Assembly (NCBI GenBank): GCA_034780895.1
Contig: JAUZTB010000076.1
Span: 43,657,922 to 43,721,921 of the forward strand
From: Rhynchobatus australiae
Taxonomy: Eukaryota
Direction of reading: 5' to 3'
Length of the DNA: 64,000 nt
Positions 37,816-50,915 of the stretch are shown piece after piece. Made by a program: the position numbers and the translations under genes. Numbering within the stretch: the stretch's first letter is position 1; every line of letters begins with the position of its first letter. Under the pieces are notes generated by a model that made no database searches, was not told the DNA's origin, and saw nothing but the letters and a program-made list of their open reading frames with translations.

Positions 37816-39702
37816 CTAAGTGAATAAAGAAAGGCAAAAATTTTCAAAAGAAAAATTGAAATTAATTTAGTTTTATGAGAATTAATAATCTACATAAATT
37901 ATGATCAAAAAGGGTCATGTGGGTGTTCAAATGGGTAACCAATTTAATTCTACACAATACAAATTTAATTANNNNNNNNNNAAGGCATCCCTTCAAGTTG
38001 GCTCTCCAACTGCACTGTTATTCCAGTAATATAAATTTAATGTTTTGAAGATTTATCTCCATATATCTAGTAAATCTAAAAGAACAAATTGAACTATACC
38101 TTTTTTTTAAATGGGTGCAACTGAGAATGTGTTGAAATGTTTCAAAGTGCAAATTACTTGGAGTTAAAGGATCTAATTAGTGAAAAGAAAATTTAGAATT
38201 GATGTCAGAAACTTCTTCTGCACACAGAAGTTGATCTACAGATAAAGCTCTAGATTTGACGTGCCGAATCCCTGCCTCGAGGACAGCTGGTTTACTGATT
38301 GTGCCTGCTTTCATTTGAATGTCTTGTAAAATTCACAAATCGAATTGACCCTTTTTCAATAATTGCTTTCAACGCATTTCAAATTTTCTCCCAGCCTGGT
38401 TTCCTTGACTTACAAAAATACACAACAGTTTTCCACAATTGCCAAGTGCAAATTTCAAAAACAAAATCCCAATCATCAACAGATCAGATGCCGAAAATTC
38501 CTTCCAATGAAACCCAACAGAATGTCTGATCCCTTTCGTCATTGATGAAATGCTAATGAAATTGCAGGAAAACATGTTTAAATATGCAACTTTTGCAAAT
38601 CTAGCTTCAGTAGTGGCTTTTTTAAACTTTTTAATTACAGAGAGAACTTTACTCTGAGAAAGAAGGAATTTACACAATGGTGGTTTATTTTAGAAGCTGA
38701 TCCTTAAGTGAAACCAAAATAACACTTTAAAATAGTTGTATCTATATCACTCTGCAATTATTGATCATGAGTAGGAAGAGGTTAAGTGGGCCTGGAACCT
38801 CTAATTGAAGAGATGATAGAGAATAACTACCAATGGATGCAGAACAATTTAACAGTATATCCTATTTTCCATTAAATTTCCTTTTCAAGGACTGACTGCA
38901 AATTAACAATGAAAAAGAAACTATTCATTAATTAAAGGTATTATTCGACAACCTCAGCCTATTTTCTGATTGGAATCATCTGTGCAATCGAGAATTGAAA
39001 AAAAGAATATATATTTTTTAAGCAAAGCAATCTTCCAGTCACTTCAATGGTAAAGGTAGTATCTAGGACATAGGCAGACATTCCACACTGATCCAGCAGG
39101 AGCATTAATGTATGAGACAGAAATTTGGTCAAGTGCTGGATATGTATTTTTGGAAGCAGTTGGGTATTGTGTTTCATCTTTTAAATGTGGCTATATTTCT
39201 ACCTTGTGTGTTTTGAATGACACATTAAACAGAGGCTAGCAAACAGGATAGTTCCCTTTGCATCCTGGCCAACATTTACCCCTCAATCAACAACTATTGA
39301 ATTAAATTAGCTGATTGTTTGCCCCACTGCTGCTGCTGATGGCTTCCTGTAGATTAATTAATTAATTAGTTCAGGTCCCATCATGGATGAATAACATGGG
39401 TTTATCTTAGGAATGGTGCAAATGGGTGCTTGCTGGACTTGGTGGGCTGAAGGGCCTGTGTCAGTGTTATATGACTTGATGATTTTCTGTCTCTATTGGT
39501 TTTGTGCAGCCAAGGGTTTGCACTCAGATTCTACTTGAAAATTTTTATATTAATCCAGTAGTCTTCCATCAAAAATGAGACATTATCCACCCAAAATCAT
39601 GGGTCTAAATGATGGTGGGATGTGATGTTGTCACAAAAAGAGAGTTCATACTGTGAGACCTAGAAGTGCATTCTGCTCGTGTCTGACTTTGAAAAACCTT
39701 AC

Positions 39703-39905
39703 CTCAGCATTTGTGATCTCCAGAGTCTGGCCATTGGCCAGAGTTCGAATATTGCTGGACTCAACGACTGGGCGGCCGTTCTTAAACCAGGTGATGATGG
39801 GTGGTGGTACTGCATTTGATTCACACTCCAGAATGGCTGTGTTCCCAGTGCGGACACTGACTGAGTGAGGGGAATCCCCTGCACCATCCTTAATAGTTGG
39901 TGGAA
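39703..39905 (-). CDS. HMCN1: HMCN1 exon w13 (203 bp): (V)PPTIKDGAGDSPHSVSVRTGNTAILECESNAVPPPIITWFKNGRPVVESSNIRTLANGQTLEITNAE
   Basis: ttttag acceptor, gtaagg donor, phase 1-0. Confidence 0.94.
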
Positions 39906-40210
39906 CTAAAAGAAAAGTGAAAGTTTGAAGACAGTTGAATGTGACATTAACTGCAATGCACCTCAGAAGGAAGTGGATGGTGATAATTTCCAGACAGGCT
40001 TTCAATCATATCACTGCCTAAAACTGATTCACACATGCTGCTTGCAGGCTACTTCATCGGACCTCCAAGAGCAATGTGGAAATAGCAACGTCCTGTCTTT
40101 TTCTACCGAGAACCATACTATGAGATACCAGGAGTGGTAGATGCTGTAAGGCTTTATTTCCAATAGCCTGCATGTTGAAAGGGAATACAACAACAATTTC
40201 CATTCACATT

Positions 40211-40272
40211 GCAAAAAACAAACTGCTGGAGGAACTGATGCAGGGTCTTGACCTGAAACATCGACAATTCCC
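40211..40272 (+). mobile_element. Internally deleted Penelope-type terminal module with hammerhead-like core
   Basis: aaacaaactgctggaggaa fused to ctgatgc-a-gggtc-tt-gacct-gaaa-ca-tc-gac. Confidence 0.7.
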
Positions 40273-40329
40273 CCCTCCCCCTATCCCATAATCTATTATT
40301 TATATCGATACATATCAAATAAGAGACTA

Positions 40330-40640
40330 TGCAACTGAAACCATGCCTGGCATGCAGTGTGTAGTTTGGGATTTCAAAACTGAAATACTTTGCAAAGGTT
40401 TACTAGGTTGTTTCCTAGGTTCAAACATTATCCTCTGAAGACAGATTGAGTAGGTTGGGCCTTCACCCTTTGCACACTTCAAGAATGAGAAGAGATCTCA
40501 TTTAAAAATATGAGGTTCTGAAAGACTGATACAATAGACTGGAGAATCTAAAACCTGGACCAGTGGATTAGCCATGTATTATAGAGGTGGCAAGAAATTT
40601 CTTTGAAGAGTTTTGTTTCCCAGTTGCTGCATTCTCACTA
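40330..40640 (+). mobile_element. Decayed CR1 fragment
   Basis: gcaaaggtttactaggttg...agaatgagaagagatctcatt. Confidence 0.6.
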
Positions 40641-43600
40641 AACATGACAATTCAGAATCTTGAAAATATATGAATATGCTGATAGATGAGGTGGCATATG
40701 TTAATTTCNNNNNNNNNNNNNNNNNNNNNAGGTAGACCAGATGGAACTAGTGGGCTATTTAAAACACTTTACAATCTGCAGGAATATTTATACAGTTCTC
40801 AGTTCAGAAATGTGTGTTAAATAAAGATTGTCCATGGTGCAACATTTTAAACCAAACCATATTCCATGTTCACAGAGAAAGAATAAGCGTGAAAACAAAG
40901 AGTTAGTCCATATACAGACAATGTCTCAAAATGCATTTCTCTAAATGTCCTGTCAGTGTGCAGATGATAGAATTACAACCGCTTACCTTAACAACACCTC
41001 TGATAATTAATTTGGAATGTGTATTTCCAAATTAATGGTGTTTATTTAAATTGGGGCAGGCCTCCTGACAAGAGTTGGAATTGAGCCAGTCGCATGCAGA
41101 TTGTCAACAGTTTGTAAAAAGAGCAAATCTAACTACACTTCATTATTTTGGCTCCAGAGCCAGATGGATTATATTCTATTACTGGCTGATATTAAAACCA
41201 TAAGGTGTTATTTCTGCTTTCCAAACCAGACTTGTGGAATAGTTGTCATTATAATGCTTGGGTGGGCCATAAAGTAAAATGAAATTCTATTTAAAAATGT
41301 TGATATTCCAGTGACTCAGTGACAAATTGTCTTTGTTAAACTCAGCAGCAAAATACACATCTAAAGTCACCAAAGTTCCATTCTCGATAAGAAGCCACAA
41401 TGAAGCAACTAAGTTAATGTATTATTTATGTAGATACTTTTACAATTAAGAGAATATATAAGTACTNNNNNNNNNNNNNNNNNNNNNNNNNNNNNNNNNN
41501 NNNNNNNNNNNNNNNNNNNNNNNNNNNNNNNNNNNNNNNNNNNNNNNNNNNNNNNNNNNNNNNNNNNNNNNNNNNNNNNNNNNNNNNNNNNNNNNNNNNN
41601 NNNNNNNNNNNNNNNNNNNNNNNNNNNNNNNNNNNNNNNNNNNNNNNNNNNNNNNNNNNNNTAATTCAAAATCAATTAACCAAACTTAATATGAAAAATA
41701 GGTTCAACAAAGTTTAGTTGAGTTTGAGTCCACTGGTGCATAATACCATGGTTGTAATCAGTGACAGAGGAAATTAGGCAAATCAAAACTGATGGTTAGA
41801 TTGGATTGTTGAGTTTAAAGGTTGTTTAGTGAGATAAAAGAAAGATTAAAGGAAACAGGTTTTAAACAGGTCCATTATAATAGATAAACTTCCTGCTGAA
41901 TTTTGTAGTTTCAAGTCTAGTCGACAAATTCAAATGTCTTGATTACTATTATCCATCTGCATAGCAAAAGCAGAAAAAGTTTGCTTACAACTTTTGGCAT
42001 ATTATGAATGGGAACATTGTTTCTCAGAAATAACACAAATTTTACAGTGATATTTTGCATTAGCAATTGCAAGGCAACAAAATATTAGCACGTCAGATAA
42101 AAGTAATTTACTTACAAAAAACTTAAAGCTACTAATAATGCATAAAGTGAAACTTTTGCCAGTTAGACAAACAATGAGCTATTTTGGATTGGCTGTCCTT
42201 TATACATGGCTTGTAATAAAGACCGATGGCAACACAGCTTTTACTTTTAAAGGAATTTAACTCAAGATATTAATATCCACGTTCGCTCTTTATGACAATG
42301 CTTTTCAAAGTGGGACTGCCATCAGCCACTCTAATAGTAACGTAATCCCCAACTAATTTTTCAAAACTGGAGTTCTTTACATGTCCACGATGGGAACACT
42401 GCAACAGGAGTTTGTCCTCTGAACCTGTTCCACCCATCACTTTTATCTTTACTGAACTGCACCTCAGTTCTATTTACCAGCCTGTGCTACCCAGGGATGT
42501 CAGAAATCTTACCAAACCAACATCTATTGGAGTCAATATTGTTCAATTAACTTGGCATCTGGTCTTCTGGGAAAGGGAGTTTCAGATTCCATTCTAAAAT
42601 GGTTGAGTTGTAAAAGGTCCAAGCTGTAATGTTCCCTTGATCAGAACTCTCCCGAAGAGGCAAGAGTTGAAAAGTTGTTACATGCAAAAGAATGGAATGC
42701 AGCTTCATCTTCAATACTTATCCTTTTATCAGATTTCCAGAACTTGTTTGCAGCCAGTGTTCAGCAATCCAGGAATCACAGTGTTCAGGAATAATCACAT
42801 GAAACTAATTGAGATTCACAGGCTCAATGCTCTAACTGGGATGGTTGGCTGAAAATCAGCTGGGCTTGTAGCACTACACCTCCACCCATTTCCACCTTTA
42901 TAATAATTATCTGCTATTGTGTATCCTGGACGCCAGAAACATACTCCACCCATCCATTAGACATAACTGCAGGTACAACCTTCTGCAGGCAAGAGTAATG
43001 TCTTGGGGCAAAACTCATAGCTGGTTTCAGGAAGAACTTGGGGGAATTCCTTCTGACTCTCAAAAACAATTGAGCAAGTCCCACAAACAGTGAATTACAC
43101 AGACATCACAACCCTAGTGTCACAGACACTGGATATCAATTTATTTTGTTTGCCAAAGATGCATCTGTCATCCCATCATTCTGTGATTCAGTTTAGCTAA
43201 TCCTTTGAGGATATTAAATGTGTCAGTAAGGTCATCTTAGTGGAAACACCACTTCTTTTCAATGTAAACGTTTGTGCCAGAACAAATTTCCTTTCCTCAT
43301 AGCTTGGGTGCCCAATTCCATTTATAAATTTATCAAAGCATCTGAAAGATACACAACATTTGAAGTATTTTGCATACAATTTGAAACTACACAACACAAG
43401 CATGTTTGGGGTTCCCTTTGNNNNNNNNNNNNNNNNNNNNNNNNNNNNNNNNNNNNNNNNNNNNNNNNNNNNNNNNNNNNNNNNNNNNNNNNNNNNNNNN
43501 NNNNNNNNNNNNNNNNNNNNTTTGTAATTGGTACCTGTACCTTTGTTTCCTTCTTTCTGTTTCTTCCTTTTGCCTTAAACTTTATATCTTCATTTGTTCT

Positions 43601-43779
43601 GAGCTTTAGCTAATTCCGCTCTTGAAGTGAAAATATCTGCAATTTGAACCTCTTTACCTCTGCCTTCCTGATGGCCATTCAAGGTTTTTAACACTTTTAT
43701 TGTCTGTAATTCTTAACATAGCATTAAGCTTAATAATAGTTACTGATACTCTTGTACAATTTTTCATGTTCCCAAGAGC

Positions 43780-44760
43780 TGCAGGATCAAATTTCAGGTA
43801 TATAAGCTTAAGGTTTTCCCTAGCATCACCTAGAATGCACCAAAATGAATCTTTTGTGCACTTAAATTACATTGCATTTATTGACTGTTTTCAATTGATT
43901 TACAGAAAATTACAGCCAATCATCTTTTCATCTACAAGCTTACTGACCATGCATCCAAATCATTCATTTATATTATGAACAGCAAGGATCCCAGCACTGA
44001 CGAGTGGAACACCACTTGTCACTGGATCCAACCGTATATACAACCTTTTACTATCACCCTCTGTCTCCTATTCCCAAACCAATTTTGGATCCATTTTAGC
44101 AATTTGCTCTGGATCCCACGAGCCCTAGCCTTTCGGACAGATTTGCCATGTGGGACCTTGTTAAAGGCCTTATTGAAGTCCATGTAAATCACATCTACTG
44201 CACTGCCCACATTAATACACTTGGTTTTTTCAACAGGTTGGTTAGACAGGACGTGCCTTTGACAAATTCATGCTGACTACCTCTGGTTAGTGTCCGCCTT
44301 TTCAAGTGATCAATAATCCTGGCCCTCAGAATCTTTTTCCAATAACTTCCCCAGTACTAACGTTAGGCTCATGGGCTGTGATCACCAGGGTTTTCCTGCT
44401 GCCCTTCTTGAAAAGGGGGACCACCTTTGCCATCTTCCACTCACCACGTACCTCATTGTTGCCCAGTGAAGATTTAAAAATCTCATCCAGAGCCCCAGTA
44501 AATCTCTTCTCTTGCCTCCCATAGCAGCCTGGGATAAATCTCATCTGGCTCTGGGGATTTTAAGCTTGCTAAGGCATTGAGTGCCTCCTGTTTATTTATG
44601 AAGACTTGCACCAGACTTTCACCTTTGCCTTCACTGAATCCTCCAGCTACAAAGTCTGCTTCCTTTGAGAGTACTAGTGAAAAGTATTCATTTAGGACCT
44701 CACCTATACCTTCTGGCTCCACGCACAGATTGCCCCTGTTGTTCCTAATGAGCCCTGGTG
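43780..44760 (-). mobile_element. CR1-clade LINE ORF2 (RT) fragment
   Basis: ORF remnants VDVIYMDFNKAFNKVPHG, PDEIYPRLLWEAREEI, WKMAKVVPLFKKG, WIQNWFGNRRQRV. Confidence 0.92.
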
Positions 44761-44969
44761 TTTCCCTGAAACAATAATTTCTAGATCAACTCTTCATTTT
44801 CACAGACTTCGCTTCATTCACTTAACCTTTGAATGATATTTCATACGGGCAGTACTGTTTCCTGTGCAGTATCACATGTTTCTCATGAAATCTTTATAAA
44901 TTATTATTGCTGCCTTTCATCTCCTCGGTCCCAGTGCACCTAATTCTGATTGTCGTGATGTATACTAAC

Positions 44970-45083
44970 CATAAACCGTGAGGTAAATCTGCTTTTCAGC
45001 TTCTCCTGCTTGATTCATGGCCAAGCATGTGTATTTTCCTCCATCTGAGAGCTTAGCCCGAGGCAACTGAACAGTCCGGCCTC
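44970..45083 (-). CDS. HMCN1: HMCN1 exon w12 (114 bp): (G)GRTVQLPRAKLSDGGKYTCLAMNQAGEAEKQIYLTVY
   Basis: tcacag acceptor, gttagt donor. Confidence 0.93.
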
Positions 45084-46179
45084 CTGTGAGACAACAGGAT
45101 TTCAAAATCAGAAACAGATTCCACTGTTCATCAAACTGGAGGAACTGCAGGATGGATTCTGTGGCTATTATACACATTTATGTCAATGAAAAACCACAGG
45201 AACAAGTAAAACACCTCCCCCATTCCCACCCACTTTCTGCAATAAGCCAGCATCTATAAATTCTGAAAAGTAAAAGGAAAAGTAAAAGGAAAAGAAATGC
45301 ACTTGTGAGAATGCATATCAGTTCCTGCTCAGTCCTTTTATATATCCAAACGCAACTGTTCTCACCTAATATTGTTGGCTTGAGTTTAGTTATCTTTTAC
45401 ACCCAATTTCTTAAACTGCGTAATTAGTATTGCATCTTGTCCAGTTGGTTTGCCACAAATATAATTTTTGTGTCCTAGAATCATGGAAATTTTATGTGAA
45501 GATTGTAGTTGGCTATGATGTATAATTTAGATCATTTTTCAAAATTTTCCTTTATTTTTTCAGATAAGGGAGAAACATTTAGAGAACCTCCTGAATGGAT
45601 TGCCCAGGGCAAATGGGAGCAATGGGCTGGATGAGTACACTTAATCCCTGACAAAATCGTTAAAACTTGTATAAATGACACCGAAGGCAAGGATCTCTGG
45701 AGGAGAGCTTTGATAATAGCAAGGTAATAGCAGGCTGTACTCTCTGTGTTTTGCTGAGTTCTAAAAAGGATCATTGTCCCTATCAAAATGCCAGGCATGC
45801 AGTGCTTTCTATGAACCAACATCATCTGTCCAAAATCTCCATGGCAATTTCCTTTCTTATTTGCTCTGTCGCCCGTTTTGCCATCTGCTGTTGTCATTTT
45901 TCATTTTGGAGCATGATGTAGCTTTGACTGTAGTTTCTCTCCAATGTGCCAGAATTTTGCTTCTTTGAAGGAAAGCAGCAAGCAGCACTTTTACTTATTC
46001 CAGGCAGTTTGTTAAAGTAGCACAATGACCATTTTTACTGGGAAAGTGATTCACAGTGAGGCTCGCAATAAATTAAGTGCCAACACTCCTCAGAATCGCA
46101 ACAGTGTTTATGAGCATTGTCGGGCAAAGTTAGTTACGGGGGGAGAAACACAGCCATTAGATTGTTAAAAACCTCAAGT

Positions 46180-46870
46180 GTTAGTTGGGGCTTTAAATAC
46201 AAGAGCAGGGAGGTTATGCTCCAACTTCACAAAATATTGTGCAGATCTCAGCTGGAGTTCTACGTGCAGTTCTGGTCACCACACTACAGGAAGGATGTGA
46301 TAGCACAGGAAAGGGTGCAGAGGAGATTCACCAGGATGTTGTTTGGGATAGAGAGATTTAGTTATGAGGAGAGACTGGANNNNNNNNNNNNNNNNNNNNN
46401 NNNNNNNNNNNNNNNNNNNNNNNNNNNNNNNNNNNNNNNNNNNNNNNNNNNNNNNNNNNNNNNNNNNNNNNNNNNNNNNGTTGTTTGGGATAGAGAGATT
46501 TAGTTATGAGGAGAGACTGGAGAGGCTAAGTCTGTTTTCCCTGGGGTGGAGGAGGTTAGAAGGGGACATGATTGAGTTACGTAAAATTATGAGGGGTATA
46601 GATAGGGGAGACTGCAGGAAACTTTTCCCTGGGATTTTGGGTAAGGGGTAGAGATTTAGAGGGGATCCTTCTTCCCAGAGAGTGGAATACATGACCGGAG
46701 AGGGTGGTGGAAGCACGGTTGCTGACAGCATTTTAAAGGTGTCTAATATTTGAATCGCCTAGGCTATGGATCCAATGCTGGAAGATGGGATGAATATGGA
46801 TGGCTGCCCACTGGTTGGTGTGCAGGTGGTGGGCCAGATGGTCTGTATGTGTGCCTCTGTGACTCTATTA
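46180..46870 (+). mobile_element. CR1 LINE 3' fragment
   Basis: YKSREVMLQLHKILCRSQLEFYVQFWSPHYRKDVIAQERVQRRFTRM; SYEERLERLSLFSL; CR1 tail. Confidence 0.92.
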
Positions 46871-47246
46871 TGAATTCCATTCATGATGTTAGATATGAGC
46901 AATGATGTACAATGGAATATCAAGTGGGTTAGCCCCTACCTCTTCAACATGTATAAATACCATCCCCACTCTGAGATTATATTTCTTGAAAACATTGCTC
47001 AATCCCTGCCTGAGAGTGGGGCTGGATTTCCCTTGAATAATAGACTTATTGACAAATACCAGAGAATTCATGCACACTATAAATGTGGAGCCTAATTTGC
47101 AGGAAAGCACAGCATGTTGAGTAGAATGCCAGACACAAGTAACAGTGGTGAAGGCATTCTATTCCTATGTCAGCAACAGGACCAACTAATTTGTTTGTTA
47201 ATTAAAGATTCAAAAGAAAATCCCATGAAATGAATCAGCTTCCTAC

Positions 47247-47408
47247 CAGGCAAAATAAGGACATTGGTGTTGGAATGTAGAGGTTTTCCGTCCTTAAGCC
47301 AGTTGAGGCTGGGTGGTGGAAAAGCTGTGGCTTCGCACGTCAAAGAGAAGAAGTTATTTATCACAACGGTCACGTTTTCTGGGTTGATGCCCATGATACT
47401 GGGAGGCA
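47247..47408 (-). CDS. HMCN1: HMCN1 exon w11 (162 bp): (V)PPSIMGINPENVTVVINNFFSLTCEATAFPPPSLNWLKDGKPLHSNTNVLILP(G)
   Basis: tcatag acceptor, gtagga donor. Confidence 0.94.
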
Positions 47409-47634
47409 CTATGAAACAAAGTGAATTTCAGTTATATTTTTAAGGTTTTCTTTATGAAATAAAAAGAGATAACATAGATCAGAATGATAAATATCAGATC
47501 CCAACTTAGGTGATTACTTGCACTGTTTCCATGGTATTTGTGGTAATGCAAAATATTTTAGAAAATATTTCTTGGGGCTTCTGATTTTCTTAGTGCAAAA
47601 CATGACGTTGCTGTTAAGTAATGACATCACTCAC

Positions 47635-47731
47635 CATGGACATTTAAGTTGAAGTATTTTTCGGTATTTCCAGCTATGTTTTCTGCAACACAAATGTATC
47701 TGCCTGTATCTGACACTTGAGCATTCAGAAT
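47635..47731 (-). CDS. HMCN1: HMCN1 exon w10 (97 bp): ILNAQVSDTGRYICVAENIAGNTEKYFNLNVH
   Basis: caacag acceptor, gtgagt donor, phase 0-1. Confidence 0.93.
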
Positions 47732-48371
47732 CTGTTGGTAAGAGTAATAACTTAATCAGTCAGACCTTAATAGCTTGTACAATAACATAGAAATGCCCAG
47801 TCAAACAATGTAAATGCCATTTATCTTTACAAATTACTTTGTATAGTAGGCAGTGACATTAGTCTTCAGCAACGTGTATGATAATTAATACTCTGTCCAA
47901 CTACTTATCCTTCAATTTTCTCCCCTTTCATTCAAAAGGAGATAAGTCATAGTGAGGTATGTTTCGAAGGTACTAGAAATCTTTATGGTGATTGGCAGCA
48001 GACTAATGAATTGTGAAAGATATTTTGGCCAAGCCTTACCATGTTGTAAAATGGTATTTATATTATTGTACCATCCAATTTTAACCTTGCATGTACTTTC
48101 CCTCCCTAACTTGGGTATGCAGGCTGCTCTGGAAGGGTATTGCAGATCAAGCAAAGAAGTAAATCAGGAAACTTGGTACATTATGTCTATGGGATTCATC
48201 TCCACATTGAAAAATGCACCAGCCCTTTGAACCTTGTGGGGATGATTCTGCTCTCTGAATAGGGAATCTGGTGAAAATACTGAGAGTAATTAAATTCTTG
48301 ATTAGGAATGAACAATTTTAACAATGAACCCCCCCCCCCCCACACCCCATGAGACAAAAGATTAACAACAC

Positions 48372-48559
48372 CTGAAGAGTTCGTCCATTGGACAGGAGTT
48401 TGTAGGGACCATTTGCTCCTAACTGCTGCCCATCCTTGATCCAGGAGATTTTGGGAGTGGGTGTTCCACTGACCATGCAGTCCAACATGGCAGTCTTATT
48501 AACCAGCACAATGACTTCTTCAGGTAAATCATTGTCAGCCCGTTTAATAGTAGGAGGAG
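48372..48559 (-). CDS. HMCN1: HMCN1 exon w9 (188 bp): (T)PPTIKRADNDLPEEVIVLVNKTAMLDCMVSGTPTPKISWIKDGQQLGANGPYKLLSNGRTLQ
   Basis: acccag acceptor, gtgttg donor, phase 1-0. Confidence 0.93.
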
Positions 48560-48979
48560 CTGGGTGGAAAAGCACAATGAAGAGAGCAATTGATCAGCAA
48601 TATCCTTTCGAACTCTTTGTTTCCAAGACAGAAGTTCTTGACATTGTAAAGCTTGAGCAGGGCTAATCAAATTTTGGTAAAGACATTGGAATTTCTAATA
48701 ACCAGTAAAATAGCACCCTCTCATTTTCTGGCAGTGTGTTTGGATTATTCATTACAGTGTACATTCTGTCAGGCACATAACATGTATTGATGATTGTGAC
48801 CACAAAAGAGATGGGGGGGGGGGGTTAGAGATGCACCCACTATTTTTAAAATACATTGGCCTTGAAATTGGACTATATAGCTCCACATTTTTAGGTATAT
48901 GCCAGTTGGAGTTAATTAAAAAAATAATTGCAAAGGCAAATTGTGGACCAATCGACAGTTTCACAAGGTCCACAGTTTT

Positions 48980-50010
48980 TCTCCATTCAGTCCGTAACAG
49001 GTTTGACCTGTTGTCTGTGACTTTAATTCTCCATTCCACTGCCAGTCTAACCTCTGCCCTTGGCTTTTCACACTGTTCCAACAAAGCCCAAAGAAGCCCG
49101 GGGAACAACACTTCCTCTTCTAACTTTGCATATTATCCCCATCATGATTTTACAGTGAATTCAACAATTTCAGAGAAGTAGCCTTTCCAGTTTGTTTGAA
49201 AACTGGCCAGTTCTGATGAAAGGTTATCAATCTGTCACGTTAATTTTGTTTTTCTCTCTCCATGGATGCTGCCTGACCTGCTGGGCATTTACAGTATTTT
49301 CTGCTTTTACTTCAGGTTTTTTGCATCTGCAGTGTTTTGATTTTCACAGTTCCCTTTCTCTTTGTGTCTCCTCAAGACAGATCAGCTGTGACTGACAAGC
49401 CTTTGCTACTCTCTCACAGTCAATACCAGCGTCACTTGTAATTTTCAGTCTTTTTTTGGTCTGTACCCTTGCACAGACTTACCCTCTGTTCTATCACCAC
49501 CTCAACTTATTGAGTTAGAGTCATACAGCACAGAAACAGGCCCTTCAGCCCAGCCGGTGTACGTTGACCAAGATTCCCATCCAAGTAAGTCCCATTTGCC
49601 CGCATTTAGCCCATATCCCTCTGAATATGTACCTATCCATGTACCCGTCCTAGTGCCTTTTAAGTGTCGTTAATGTACTCAACCACTTCTGCTTACATCT
49701 CATTCCAGATATCTACCATCCCCTGTGTAAAAAAGTTGCCCCTCAGGTTCCTATTAAATCTCTCCCCTCTCCCCCTAAACCTATGTCCTATAGTTCTTGA
49801 TTCCCCAACCCTGGGAAAGACTGTACGCATTCACCCTATCTTTGTCCCTCATGATTTTATACACTGTTAAACACCAAAAACGTGTTTGATTCCTAACTTT
49901 TCTCAGCTTTGATGAAAGGTCATCAAATGGTGTGGCCTGACCTCTGGAGTATCTCCAACTTTTCCTGTATTTGATCGAGTTTTCAGCATCATCAGTCTTC
50001 TGCTTTCTAC
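48980..50010 (+). mobile_element. Penelope-like 3' remnant with two terminal modules (49209-49335 and about 49905-50005), interrupted by CR1
   Basis: FNSPFHC...LGFSHCSNKAQRS...EFNNFR GIY-YIG C-terminal remnant, then agttctgatgaaagg...gatgctgcctgacctgctg. Confidence 0.72.
49515..49866 (-). mobile_element. CR1 LINE 3' fragment
   Basis: agagtcatacagcacagaaacaggcccttcagccc is the reverse complement of the CR1 tail; aaaaagttgcccctcaggttcc. Confidence 0.9.
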
Positions 50011-50221
50011 AGTACTCCTTCCAAGTCCCCCATGGGTTCGACCACGAAACACACCAAAGAGCCCATCAACAGACAGCATGGGCCTCTCATGCAGAAGCAG
50101 GCCTTCCCCAATGCATATGTGGCCAGCTTCATTGTAACCTAAAAGGGATCTTCCAGAGAAGGAGCCATTTCGTGGAGTTCTGCGCTGGGGACCTGCCTCA
50201 GGTGGGTCCCCTAGAAAATAG

Positions 50222-50915
50222 ACAACTGCTCTGCCCAGGACTGCAAGAAACTGCAGAGAGTTGTGGGCACAGCCCAGGGCATCACAGACACCAGCCTCGC
50301 CTCCTTGGACTCTGTCTTTACCTCTCGCTGTCTTGGTGAAGCAGCCAGCATAATCAAAGACCCCATCCACCCGGGACATGCTCTCTTCTGCTCTTCCATC
50401 GGGTAGAAGATACAGGAGCCTGAGGGCATGAACCACCAGACTTAAGGACAGCTTCTATCCCACTGCAATAAGACTATTGAACACTGGGATGGACTATACC
50501 TTATACAATGGGATGGACTATAACCTCACAATCTACCTTGTTGTGACTTTGCCCCCTATTGCACTGCACTTTCTCTGTAGCTGTGACATTTTACTCTGTA
50601 CTGTTATTGTTTTTACCTGTACTACCTCAATGCACTNNNNNNNNNNNNNNNNNNNNNNNNNNNNNNNNNNNNNNNNNNNNNNNNNNNNNNNNNNNNNNNN
50701 NNNNNNNNNNNNNNNNNNNNNNNNNNNNNNNNNNNNTTATCCTGATCTCTTTGTAATACATGTACAAACATTGATGCTATATATTAATCTGTATTGATTT
50801 GAAAACTAATAAATAATATTGAAAAAGAAAGAATTGGCCTGTACAATCGGTACACAAGACAAGTTGTTCACTGTACCGCAGTACAAGTGACAATAATAAA
50901 CCAATACCAATACCA
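50222..50915 (+). mobile_element. Rex1/Babar-clade LINE 3' end
   Basis: CSAQDCKKLQRVVGTAQGI...IIKDPIHPGHALF...PSGRRYRSL...RLKDSFYPTAIRLLN; tail gtgacaataataaaccaataccaatacc. Confidence 0.85.
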
